NCBI GenBank assembly: GCA_965223905.1
Contig: CBDCXV010000001.1
Coordinates: 32,001-96,000, forward strand
Source: Candidatus Latescibacterota bacterium
GTDB lineage: Bacteria; Latescibacterota; UBA2968; UBA8231
DNA: 64,000 nucleotides
Direction of reading: 5' to 3'
Below the pieces are notes generated by a model. That model was given only the letters and a program-made list of their open reading frames with translations. It made no database searches and was not told the origin of the DNA. Shown piece by piece: positions 1 through 9,163 of the stretch. A program made the position numbers and the translations under genes. Numbering within the stretch: position 1 is the stretch's first letter; each line of letters opens with the position of its first letter.

Positions 1-1
1 G

Positions 2-217
2 TTCAAAGCCATGAACGACTTCAAGGACGACCAGTATTACGGCAAAAAGGTTTTCGCCCATAAAGTCGTCAGGCCAAAGGCAGCCACGATCGACTTTTCG
101 GGCTTCCGCCCGCTCCTGACCAACCTCGTCGCGACCATCAACAAGCATAGGATGTCGATCAGTCCGGAACCGTCGAACCCTGAACCCGACCGCCCCCATT
201 TCTCAAGTGCGCCGTGA
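2..217 (+). CDS. 3' end (partial) of a probable retron Ec67-family reverse transcriptase/TOPRIM fusion
   Basis: Frame 2 is open from the window edge: FKAMNDFKDDQYYGKKVFAHKVVRPKAATIDFSGFRPLLTNLVATINKH. This resembles the C-terminal YGKxxFAxKVV...IDFSGFxPLL tail I recognise from Ec67-type retron RT/endonucleases. The RT core lies outside the window. Confidence 0.7.
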   Translation, partial: FKAMNDFKDDQYYGKKVFAHKVVRPKAATIDFSGFRPLLTNLVATINKHRMSISPEPSNPEPDRPHFSSAP

Positions 218-406
218 GAAGGCGCGCCAATCTTTAGTGGGTGGGAAACATACCCAACAACTGCGGCTCCCGCAGATGAGCAATCGGAGCGGTGATGAGG
301 GTAACGAAATCACCGGAGCCTCTGGTGTAGTAGTGGGTTGCCAATGGCGATTCGGCGAACATGCAGGCCGTACGGTGAAGTGAAAGCTGAGCAGCAGGCT
401 TCGAAA
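207..406 (+). mobile_element. 5' fragment (domain I part) of a group II intron; no D5/D6 or intron-encoded protein seen
   Basis: Starts with the GTGCG 5' consensus (207-211), followed by hairpins GCGCC/GGCGC, CTGCGG/CCGCAG (261-275) and GGTGAT..GGTAAC..ATCACC (291-314), then the GCAGGCCGTA..GTGAA..GCTGAGCA..TCGAAA tract typical of bacterial group II intron D1. Similarity ends near 406. Confidence 0.65.
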
Positions 407-793
407 GGGGCAACTCGGTAGCTGATCTTGGTGAGATTCAGGCGTCTACGGCCAACCAAAACAGCCATTAAAGTTCCCGATTTGCCCTCATCGGCTGGAG
501 CAGCCCCCCTTTTGGCGCGGGTGTTCCGGCCAAGCTCAGCCCCTGACCGGCCTATGGCGATTCGCCATCGAATCGTGCCCGCCCTAACCGATCCCGCTCG
601 ACCGGTACTACCTGGGTGGGTAGGGCTGCCGGTTGTGTCCCCGCGGAGGGCCCCTCCTCACCCGCAGTACCAGTTTCCGGCCTGACTCCTCCGCGATTGG
701 CCCCTTGCGTATGTTCTCAGCGGTCTGCATAGTAACAACATTGGTGCTATATTTTTCCAATGCATTTCAGTTCGGCTTCTCTAGGAATCCTGC

Positions 794-1657
794 ATGAACC
801 AAGAAAAATACGACGTTTTCATTAGCCACGCCTCGGAAGACAAGGAGGCAATTGCAAGACCTCTCGCCGAATTTTTGCAACGATTTTCCCTGCATGTATG
901 GTACGACGAAGACACGATCAGGATTGGCGACAGCCTATCTGAATCCATCGATAGGGGCCTCGCCGGATCTCGTTTTGGTGTAGTTATACTTAGCAAGAGG
1001 TTCTTTAATAAAACTTGGGCACGTCATGAGTTAAAGGGACTGGTAACTCAAGATAACGCTATAGGAAATGTGATTCTGCCGATTTGGCATGGTATCAACG
1101 TAGATGCTGTTCGCGAGATCAGTCCAACTCTCGCTGATCGATACGCATTATCTACTGACCGAGAAAGGATTGAGGTAATCGGTCTAAAGGTAATTCAGGT
1201 CGTTCGCCCAGATATCTTCGAAAACATCCAGCGCTGGGCTCTTTGGAACAAGAAAGTTCAGCAAGCGAAGCCGGCTCTGATAATGCTCAGAGAGCTTAAA
1301 CCGAGTTCTCGACGTTATGAAGGGCTCCCAAATGAGTTGCTTGTTCGAGTCCGCTTGATACACCAGACTCTTCGTGATGTTGTAGAACAGACTTTGGATG
1401 AAATGGTGGATCTCTTTTGCCGTGACCTACATCCGCAGAAAGAAATTGAGGTTTGGGAACGCATTGCTGTCGCCTATCGGGAAGTCCAGGACGAGTTTTC
1501 TCTCTCGTCGGAGAAAAAACGCACACTTTTCAAGACCCTACTCGGATTGTCCATGGGGAATCAGGTGAATATCGAAAAGGCTATTGACGATAATTTGGAA
1601 CTCAATAACGTGATATTGGAAATCTGGTTGAAGCTAATCCCTAAGTCTTCAATGTAA
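794..1657 (+). CDS. TIR domain protein (N-terminal TIR_2, uncharacterised helical C-terminal domain)
   Basis: YDVFISHASEDKE...VWYDEDTIRIGDSLSESIDRGL..SRFGVVILS..FF.K.W...EL; the catalytic Glu position is retained (WARHEL). Visibly AT-richer than the flanks. Confidence 0.9.
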   Translation: MNQEKYDVFISHASEDKEAIARPLAEFLQRFSLHVWYDEDTIRIGDSLSESIDRGLAGSRFGVVILSKRFFNKTWARHELKGLVTQDNAIGNVILPIWHGINVDAVREISPTLADRYALSTDRERIEVIGLKVIQVVRPDIFENIQRWALWNKKVQQAKPALIMLRELKPSSRRYEGLPNELLVRVRLIHQTLRDVVEQTLDEMVDLFCRDLHPQKEIEVWERIAVAYREVQDEFSLSSEKKRTLFKTLLGLSMGNQVNIEKAIDDNLELNNVILEIWLKLIPKSSM

Positions 1658-1793
1658 GACTCCTGACCTTTCGTTTCGGTAAGAATTGTCTTTGGCTTCA
1701 CCGCATCTTTGAAAAGGCTTGGGCTTTTGCTTTGGCAACAAAAAACAATAGTCCCAAAAACGCCGAGCCGGGATCTCCCCGGTCCCCAGGCAA

Positions 1794-3434
1794 CTACCCT
1801 GATCTGCTCAAGGCCGCCTCGAAGAGGGCCCTCGGCCCCGGTTCCATTATCTGGGGCGGCAGCGCCGCCGGCACCTCGATCAGCGCCGGGGCCCCCGCCT
1901 CCAGGGCTTCGGCCAGGGCCGGCCCCAGGCGCCCGACCTCTGCGACACGCCTTGCCTCGACCCCGAACGCCCGGGCGAGGGCGACGAAATCCGGGTTGCC
2001 CACGTCGACGGCGTGCCTGCGGCCGAAGCGATGGACCTGCTGGGGCCTCAGGGCGCCGAAGCCGTTGTCGTTGAACAGCAGGACGACGACCGGAATGCCC
2101 GCCTCCGCGACGACCGCCAGCTCCTGACAGTTGAACAGGAACCCTGCGTCCCCCGAGAGGCAGACGACCGGGCGCTCCGGGCAGGCCAGCTTCGCCCCGA
2201 TCGCCGCTGGCAGGCCGAAGCCGAGAGTGCAGAACCCCCAGGGATAGATGTTGCAGCGCGGCTCGTACAGCTCGAGCAGGCGACGGCACCAGTAAGCCGC
2301 CACCGTGAGGTCGCTGACCAGGACGGCGCCGCGCGGCAGCCCTTCCTGCAGGGCGGCCACGAGCTCGACCCCTTCCGGGGCCAGCTCGCGGCAGTCGTCG
2401 ACGATCCCTTTCCTGAGGGCCGCGACTTCGGCGGTCCGGGAGCGGGGCTCGAGGCCGGCGAGCCGGTCGACCAGGGCGCGCAGCGATTCGCGGGCGTCCC
2501 CGACCAAGGCTGCGGAGGCCGGGTAGTTGCGGCCGATCTCACCAGCGTCGACATCGAGGTGAATCAGCGTTTCCGGGAGGCGCAATCTCCAGCCGGAGAT
2601 TTCCTCTTCGGTGAAGCGGGTGCCGACGGCGAGCACGACGTCCCGCCGCGCCAGAAACTCCTGCGCCAGCGGGTGCAGGATGGCGGTGCCGGCGGCCAGC
2701 GGGTGGTCTTCCGGGAACGCTCCCTTTCCCAGCACCGTGGTGAACACCGGGGCCTGCAAGGTTTCCGCCAGCTGCCGCAGCTCGGCGCTCGCGCCGCTGG
2801 CGATCACCCCGCCGCCGGCCCAGATGACCGGAGATTCCGCCTCCCGCAGGGCGGCCGCGGCCTCCTCGACGGCCGCATCCCCCGGCTGCAGCCGCTCGAC
2901 CTGGATAGGCCCGCCGATCTCCGCCTCCCCGGAGGCATCGAGGACGTCGCAGGGGATCTCGAGCGCCGCCGGACGCGGGCGGCCGCTGCTCATGCTGGCG
3001 AAGGCCTCGCGCAGCAGCCCCGGGATGGCGGCGACCGAATCGGCGCGCCCGCACCAGCCGGTGACCGGGCGGAAGCAGGCGAGCTGGTCGCTGCACTCGT
3101 GCAGGTAGCCCTTCTCCTTGCCGATGCCGGCGGCCGGGATCTGGCTGGCGATGCAGAGCACAGGCGAGGAATCGCTGTAGGCTGTTCCCAGAGAGGTGAT
3201 CGTGTTGAGAGCCGCCGGCCCGGAGGTGACGACGCAGACGCCGGGGCGGCCGCAGGCGCGGGCGTAGCCGTCGGCCATGAAGGCCGCCCCCTGCTCGTGG
3301 CGCGCCAGGACGTGGCGTATCGGCGCCTCGATCAGGGCGTCGTAGAGGGAGAGGTTGTGCGCCCCGGGGAGGCCGAAGACGGTGTCGACGCCGTGCGCCG
3401 CGAGGGCGGCGGCGACCGCCTCCCCCCCGGTCAT
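1794..3434 (-). CDS. Thiamine pyrophosphate-binding protein (acetolactate synthase large-subunit-like)
   Basis: Real start MTGGEAV at 3434 (ATGA overlap with the upstream gene). Motifs VFGLPG, RHEQGAAFMADGYAR and the TPP-binding GDAG...NDNG. Confidence 0.9.
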   Translation of the reverse strand: MTGGEAVAAALAAHGVDTVFGLPGAHNLSLYDALIEAPIRHVLARHEQGAAFMADGYARACGRPGVCVVTSGPAALNTITSLGTAYSDSSPVLCIASQIPAAGIGKEKGYLHECSDQLACFRPVTGWCGRADSVAAIPGLLREAFASMSSGRPRPAALEIPCDVLDASGEAEIGGPIQVERLQPGDAAVEEAAAALREAESPVIWAGGGVIASGASAELRQLAETLQAPVFTTVLGKGAFPEDHPLAAGTAILHPLAQEFLARRDVVLAVGTRFTEEEISGWRLRLPETLIHLDVDAGEIGRNYPASAALVGDARESLRALVDRLAGLEPRSRTAEVAALRKGIVDDCRELAPEGVELVAALQEGLPRGAVLVSDLTVAAYWCRRLLELYEPRCNIYPWGFCTLGFGLPAAIGAKLACPERPVVCLSGDAGFLFNCQELAVVAEAGIPVVVLLFNDNGFGALRPQQVHRFGRRHAVDVGNPDFVALARAFGVEARRVAEVGRLGPALAEALEAGAPALIEVPAALPPQIMEPGPRALFEAALSRSG

Positions 3435-4702
3435 GCGCGGCTGCGTCCGTTGGGCAGGGTGTTGAACAGCAGCTTGAGGTAGAACAGCGGGCTGGTGAGC
3501 TCTTCCTTCGGCGCCGCGTTGGCGATCATGGCGCAGATCATGTCGCGGACCCTCTCGCTCCGGGCCGCCTTGCCGATGACGAAATTCAGCAACGGCCGCC
3601 AGCGCCCGAGGTTCTGCATGCGCGTGCTCGTCTTCAGCTCGTCGCCGAGGGAGTCCCACAGGCGATCCTCGTAGCGCTTGAGGAAGGCCTCGCTGAAGTC
3701 GCCGGCCCGCTTCGCCTCGACCGCGGTCTCGATTGCGAACTTCGCCGAGTAGAGGGCGTTGCCGATCCCCTCGCCGGTGAACGGGTCGATCAGTCCGGCG
3801 GCGTCGCCGAGCAGCAGGACGCCGTCCTTGTGCGCCTTCCGCCTGGTGCTGCCGATCGGCAGGTTCCAGCCCACCGGCTTCTCGAGCGGGCGCGCCGCGG
3901 CGAAACGCTCGGCGAAGGGGGGCCGGGAGATCACCTGCTCCAGGGCCTTCCGCAGGTCGACCTTCCTCTCCTTCATCGACTCCTGCAACATGCCGATGCC
4001 GATGTTGGCGTAGCCGTTCTCCAGGGGAAAGGCCCAGAAGTAGCCGGGGATGACCTCGTCGACGAAGTGGAGCTCGATCTGGCTGCCGAGGCCCTCGACG
4101 TTCTCGTAGTACTGCCGGATCGCCACCACCCAGTGGCGGCTGTCGTGGGAATAGAGGTCGGACTGACGGGCGACGATGGAACTGAAGCCGTCGCACCCGA
4201 GCACGAGGTCGGCGCCGATCTCGACCATGGATCCGTCCTCGAGCCTGCCGGTGACCCCGGTCACCGCGCCGCCGCGCCGCGACAGCCGCGTGACCTGGAA
4301 TCCCTCGCGGCACTCGTCGGCGGCCGCCTTCGCCTCCTGGAACAGGAAGTTGTCGAAGATCTCCCGCCTGATCACCGAGCCTTCCATCCTGATGTCGCGC
4401 CCGGTCGCGGTGTCGTGCAGGGGGCGCGTCGAGAGGTCGATACTGGCGTTTTCGTGCCGGGGGCTGCCGAAGATGGCCCTGTCGATGCGGGAACCCGGAA
4501 GCTCCCTGACCTTGTCGAGCAGTCCCAGGTCGAGCAGGACGGCCAGCGATTTTCCCGAGAGGGCGTCGCCGCAGACCTTGTCGCGGGGGAAACGGGCGCG
4601 GTCCAGAAGGGCGACCGACAGGCCGTGTTTCCTGGCGTACAGCGCCGCCGTGGCACCGGCGGGTCCGCCGCCGACTACGACGAGGTCCAGGGTAGTTTTC
4701 AA
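3431..4702 (-). CDS. Geranylgeranyl reductase family FAD-dependent oxidoreductase
   Basis: GGGPAG, FPRDKVCGD, PGYFWAFP and GDAAGLIDPFTGEGIGNAL; TTG start. Confidence 0.9.
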   Translation of the reverse strand: MKTTLDLVVVGGGPAGATAALYARKHGLSVALLDRARFPRDKVCGDALSGKSLAVLLDLGLLDKVRELPGSRIDRAIFGSPRHENASIDLSTRPLHDTATGRDIRMEGSVIRREIFDNFLFQEAKAAADECREGFQVTRLSRRGGAVTGVTGRLEDGSMVEIGADLVLGCDGFSSIVARQSDLYSHDSRHWVVAIRQYYENVEGLGSQIELHFVDEVIPGYFWAFPLENGYANIGIGMLQESMKERKVDLRKALEQVISRPPFAERFAAARPLEKPVGWNLPIGSTRRKAHKDGVLLLGDAAGLIDPFTGEGIGNALYSAKFAIETAVEAKRAGDFSEAFLKRYEDRLWDSLGDELKTSTRMQNLGRWRPLLNFVIGKAARSERVRDMICAMIANAAPKEELTSPLFYLKLLFNTLPNGRSRA

Positions 4703-4895
4703 GCAGGATTTCCGGGTGGTTTCTGCGTGGGGACCGGAACTTACCGGGCCGCTCCGGGACGGTCAAGCCGGCCGGGGCAGGCTGCATGCCGAGGGGCCGG
4801 GGCTGTCTCACCCGGGGTGATGATGGGGTTCCTGTACCGGTTTTCCGGCGCCGGTTTTTTCGACCCCTGCCACGGTTCTTCAGGGCCGCGCGGAT

Positions 4896-5579
4896 CTATC
4901 TGCACAGAACGCCGATCTCCCGGGTGGTCGCGTCGCAGTACCACAGCTCGCCGTCGCGGGCCGTCATCCCGTGCACCTCGTCCGGCTCGTTGACGCGGAA
5001 CACGTCGCAGATCCTGCCGCCCCGATCGAGGTCCATCAGGATCACCGTCCCGGCGGAAGTATCGGACACCCATAGCATGCCCGACTCGTCCCAGGCGATG
5101 CCGTGGACCCGGAGCCCCCCGGTGGGAAACTGCTCGACCTCCTCCCAGGTCTCCGTGTCGATGACGTGCAGCCGCTGCGTCGGCGGGGCCGCGGCGTAGA
5201 TCCTGCCGTCCCGCCACTCCAGCCCGTGAGAGCTCGACTCGCGGGGGTTCTCCGCACGCTCGGCCGCGGCCCCCAGGCCCCTCCCGGGGTCGGGGTGGCG
5301 GGCCAGGGTCTCTCCGGTGAGGGAATCGATCTTGACGATCTCCAAACCATAGGTCGAGCTGATCCATAGGGCGCCGTCGTCCCCCATGGTTATGCCGCTC
5401 GAGTGCTCGGTCGCCGTGTCGATCTCGTGCACCAAGGCGCCGCTGTCCCAGTCGACCTTCTGCGCCTTGAGCGATACCTGGTCGATGATCCACAACCCGT
5501 CTGCGGCGGCATGCAGCCCGTTCGGCTGCGGGCCCGGGCTGAGGAACCGCTTTTCAACTTTTGCGGAGTACGTTCCCAA
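4896..5579 (-). CDS. Beta-propeller protein (glutaminyl cyclase / Vgb / SMP-30-like repeats)
   Basis: Repeated P/HG(L/I)xW...LW(I/V)xD blades. Start placed at TTG 5579 behind a GAAAGGGA RBS. Confidence 0.65.
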   Translation of the reverse strand: MGTYSAKVEKRFLSPGPQPNGLHAAADGLWIIDQVSLKAQKVDWDSGALVHEIDTATEHSSGITMGDDGALWISSTYGLEIVKIDSLTGETLARHPDPGRGLGAAAERAENPRESSSHGLEWRDGRIYAAAPPTQRLHVIDTETWEEVEQFPTGGLRVHGIAWDESGMLWVSDTSAGTVILMDLDRGGRICDVFRVNEPDEVHGMTARDGELWYCDATTREIGVLCR

Positions 5580-5744
5580 TTGTGTCCCTTTCGATTGTTT
5601 CCGATACGCTCCCGGATTTCTGCCTCTCACCCGGGAATCGCACGTCCTCCCGAGCGAGCATCGGCTCCTGGAGCCGCACAATGGCTGCAGGTGGCCGAAC
5701 GGCCCGTTTCACGAAAATCATGCCCCCGCTACGGGACGGGTCCC

Positions 5745-6593
5745 CTATCGCTGCGGCTTCGGAAGCAGCTCCTGCCTCCACTCGTCGATGATGTCCCCGC
5801 CCGCCGAAACCGCCTCCCCGGAAATCGTCGAATCCTCGAGGGCGAAACGCACGTAGCTCTGCCGCTCGTCGAAGGCGATCCTGTACTCACCCGGCTTCTC
5901 GTCCATGTCGTAGAAAAAGATATCGGACGCGCTCGTCATAACCTGCGTCAACGTCCTGTGGCGGGCCCGCTCGTAGGCGTGGAGGTGACCGCACAGGTAC
6001 AGGTCGACGCCCCCATCGAGCAGAATAGGGAGCAGCAGGCCGGGGTCCCCCGGTTCTTCGTCGCGCAGCACCGAGTGTTCGAGCAGCCAGGGGGGCACCA
6101 GAATCGGATAGTGCCCTGCCACTACCGTGCAGCGCGCCCGCCGCGCCGCCCGCAGATCACGCCGCAGCCATCGCGCCTGCGTGCGGTCGGCAAAACCGCC
6201 GCGGTGCCTGCCGTCGAGGACATCGAGGATGGCGATATGAACGCCGCCAATCGTTCCGGCATGCCAGGTCCGCCGACCCTGGCGCCCGACCTGGCGCAGG
6301 TACTCCTCCGATGAAGGGTTGGATCCGGTCTGGTCGTGGTTGCCGACGGTCGATATCACCGGGCACAAACCCTGCAGGGGCTTCGTGACGCGGTGGTAGG
6401 CCGCCCACATGAGGGCGACTCTTTCGGCTTCCTCCGGTTCGTCGTTCACGGCGCCGGCGACGTGGTCGCCGCCGTCGATGACGAAGTCGGGCTTTTCAGC
6501 GGCGACCCGCTCGATCAACAGTCGCCGGCGCTCCTCGTGCTCGCGGTCGTCGGGTTTCAGCTGCAGGTCGCTGACGAAGATCCAGCGCGTCAT
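5745..6593 (-). CDS. Calcineurin-like metallophosphoesterase
   Basis: SDLQ, GGDHV, GNHD, GHYP and CGHLHAYER motifs; start MTRWIFVSD. Confidence 0.85.
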   Translation of the reverse strand: MTRWIFVSDLQLKPDDREHEERRRLLIERVAAEKPDFVIDGGDHVAGAVNDEPEEAERVALMWAAYHRVTKPLQGLCPVISTVGNHDQTGSNPSSEEYLRQVGRQGRRTWHAGTIGGVHIAILDVLDGRHRGGFADRTQARWLRRDLRAARRARCTVVAGHYPILVPPWLLEHSVLRDEEPGDPGLLLPILLDGGVDLYLCGHLHAYERARHRTLTQVMTSASDIFFYDMDEKPGEYRIAFDERQSYVRFALEDSTISGEAVSAGGDIIDEWRQELLPKPQR

Positions 6594-6746
6594 GGGTCTC
6601 CTCGGTTTCGAGAGCTCGGGGCGGTTTCTTCGACTTCGCATGGCACGAAGCCGAAGTCAGTTAAAGAAACCCGAAGCAGTTAATGTGGCGAGCGCGACTG
6701 GAGCTGGAGCCCCTCCGTTGCTTCAGGTAACCCGGGCCGCTTGCCC

Positions 6747-8915
6747 TCAGCAGCGGCGCGTCCACTCGCTCAAGCGTCCCCGGCAGGGCTCGAACCAGAC
6801 CTTGCACTCCTCCAGCGATTCCGCGGCGACCAGCAGGGTGACGAAGGCCTTGGCCCTCCGAGGATCGGTGGTGAACAGCACCCCCCTCGACACCTGGTCC
6901 CCCTCCGCGGTCATCTCGACGGGGTGGCGCCGCCGCATCTCCCGGGCGAAGGCATCGGCATTCTCGAAGCCGGCGGCTTCGATGTCGCGGACCCGCAGCA
7001 TCAGCCAGAGGGCGGTGCCGGCGGCATGGACCCGCCTGGCCAGCTGCAGGGCGACCCTGCCCATCGTCATGCGCGGGTTCACCTCGATCACAGGTTTCAG
7101 CCGCAGCCGGCCGCGGTCCCGGTAGACCAGCGCGTCCACCCCGAGGGGCCCGGAGAAACCGGCGGCCGCCAGCCCTGGTTCCATGTGCCCTGCCAGCTCT
7201 TCGTACAGGCGCCGCAGGCGCCGGCTGTCGCGGCCGTCCCCGTACAGGAACCGGCGCACCTGTTCGTCGAGGCCGGCGACCTTGTGGTGCAGGAAGGAGC
7301 CGAGGTACTGTCCGCGGCCATCGGTGACGAACCTCGTGATGCCGAGCAGCCCGGCCTTCCCGTCTGCGCCGACGTCGTACTGGGCCGACAGGTCGGCCAC
7401 TCCTTCCAGCAGCGGTTCGACAACCACGGCCCCCTGCTCCGCCAACAGCCGCTCCACCCGACGCCGTTTCGCGCCCCCCAGGCCGCCCTCCGCTTCTCCG
7501 GGCTCGGCCGCGGTTTCGAGCCGGACCTGGCCGCGGCCGGCAGCGCCGAAAGGGGCTTTGATCACGGCACGGCTCCAACCCCGATCCCGCAGGTGGGCGA
7601 GCGCCTGCAGGACTTCCTCCGCGGACTCGCACCCCTGCCCGGCAACGTCGGAGCCGCACAGCCAGTCCTCCCGCCGATCCTCGAGGAATCCGGCGAGCAA
7701 GGCGGCGCTCCACTCCTTTGAGTACAGCCGGCGCAGGGCGCTGCTCCACTCCGGAGCCTGCCCGGGACCGGCGACGCTGCCTCTCAACGGAGCCAGCAGC
7801 TGCTCGCTGTCGGGAGCGACCCCCCAGGGACGCAGGGCCTGGAGCTTGCGCTCCGCAAGCGGGTGGCCGTCGAGCCCGGCAGTACCGTCGAACAGGGCGA
7901 ACTCCGGAATCTCCAGGCCCGCGGCCTGCAGCTCCGACAGGTGCTCCCGCCGCGGCCGGCGACCTACGAGAACGACGTCGCCGGCGGCGCAGGCCAGGGC
8001 CGGTACCGTCTCCAGGTCTTCGGCCACCTGCGCCATCCACTTCGGCGGCGTCTGCACCGCGTCCAGGCCGGCGCAGCGGTCGCATGCCGGGTTGAACCAG
8101 AACACCGAGGGGCGGCGGCCCCGCGACTGGGAGTGGACCTCCAGCTCTCCGATGAAGGCCTCGGAAAGTCCAGCCTGCCTGCGCCCCTCCGCGTTGAAGC
8201 GGATTCCCTTGGCGCGGCCCGGATCCAGCGGCGGGGCCAGGCTCCGGGTGTACGCCTCCCACTCGCCGAGATCCGGGTCGCGCCAGCTGTTGAACCAGGT
8301 CAGGCCGTGCTTCACGTGGCCGATCTCGTCGCGGTAGATGCGCTGCATCAACTGCGCCGTCTCCGCGTCCCCCAGCTCCCCGTATACCGAGGCGTAGTAC
8401 GGGGCGTAATCGAGGTTGGCCTGCTCCAGGGTGAGGCTGAGGCGGGTGACGAACTCGATCGGCGTCGCCACCGGCGAGATGCAGCGCCAGAAGAAGTCGC
8501 TGACCGGGATCTCCCCGAACTCGACGCCGATGCCGCGCATGCGCTCGATGTAGAGGCGCAGGTGCTCCTGCTCCTCCCCCAGGATGCCGTAGAGGCCGCG
8601 GCGGAACTTCTCCGGGGCGTCGGGGAACTTCAGCAGCGCCAGGGCCATCAGCTCGATGGCGAGGAGCTCGTGGTTGGCGAAGAAGTGCAGGACGAGCCCG
8701 CGCTCCTTTTCGCTGTGGAACCCCCGGACCTCGCGGAAGCGGACGCGCTCGCGATCGTTCCAGCTGCCGAGAACCAGAGACTGGGGGCGGCCCGGTTCAT
8801 TTGGCGCGGCGATGGCGCTCCCCGGGTGGCCGCGGTTGTAGCGGCCCCCGTCGATCAGCTTGTCCTCGAGGGTGGTGCCGAAGAGGATCTGCTCGGCGAA
8901 TTCTTTGATTTCCAT
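6747..8915 (-). CDS. DUF455 ferritin-like di-iron domain fused to an ATP-grasp-like domain
   Basis: N-terminus: HFFANHELLAIE, EEQEH, LEQANLD, DEIGH. C-terminus: VIKAPFGAAGRG, VVVEP, GPLGVDA, IEVNPRMTMG. Confidence 0.8.
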   Translation of the reverse strand: MEIKEFAEQILFGTTLEDKLIDGGRYNRGHPGSAIAAPNEPGRPQSLVLGSWNDRERVRFREVRGFHSEKERGLVLHFFANHELLAIELMALALLKFPDAPEKFRRGLYGILGEEQEHLRLYIERMRGIGVEFGEIPVSDFFWRCISPVATPIEFVTRLSLTLEQANLDYAPYYASVYGELGDAETAQLMQRIYRDEIGHVKHGLTWFNSWRDPDLGEWEAYTRSLAPPLDPGRAKGIRFNAEGRRQAGLSEAFIGELEVHSQSRGRRPSVFWFNPACDRCAGLDAVQTPPKWMAQVAEDLETVPALACAAGDVVLVGRRPRREHLSELQAAGLEIPEFALFDGTAGLDGHPLAERKLQALRPWGVAPDSEQLLAPLRGSVAGPGQAPEWSSALRRLYSKEWSAALLAGFLEDRREDWLCGSDVAGQGCESAEEVLQALAHLRDRGWSRAVIKAPFGAAGRGQVRLETAAEPGEAEGGLGGAKRRRVERLLAEQGAVVVEPLLEGVADLSAQYDVGADGKAGLLGITRFVTDGRGQYLGSFLHHKVAGLDEQVRRFLYGDGRDSRRLRRLYEELAGHMEPGLAAAGFSGPLGVDALVYRDRGRLRLKPVIEVNPRMTMGRVALQLARRVHAAGTALWLMLRVRDIEAAGFENADAFAREMRRRHPVEMTAEGDQVSRGVLFTTDPRRAKAFVTLLVAAESLEECKVWFEPCRGRLSEWTRRC

Positions 8916-9163
8916 GGTGTCGTCGCACACACAAAATAGGCGGTCACGCCGACATAACCCGTAAATTCCCGGTGGGGGAATATTCCGTCCTGCATGCCCA
9001 CCAACGGGAGGTTAGGAGGCAAATTCAGACTGGGGTTGAGGCGGAGCCCCCTCAGAGGAGACATCCCCAGGCGTCAAGCCCGTAGTCCCGTGGACGGCTT
9101 GGCCTGATCCCTGTTACCAATGGAACCGGTACCAGTAGAAAGGAGTAGGAGGGTCGACTAACC

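Noticed and set aside
218-700. Retron msr-msd ncRNA
   Set aside because: msr-msd normally lies upstream of the RT; this downstream tract fits group II intron domain I better and lacks the long a1/a2 inverted repeats.
1794-4811. 1005-aa ORF suggesting a large fusion protein
   Set aside because: The first ~460 aa are an off-frame shadow of the GGR gene; the real TPP enzyme starts at 3434.
8930-9150. Possible ncRNA (e.g. 6S RNA) in the divergent intergenic region
   Set aside because: Some local hairpins but no recognisable family signature.
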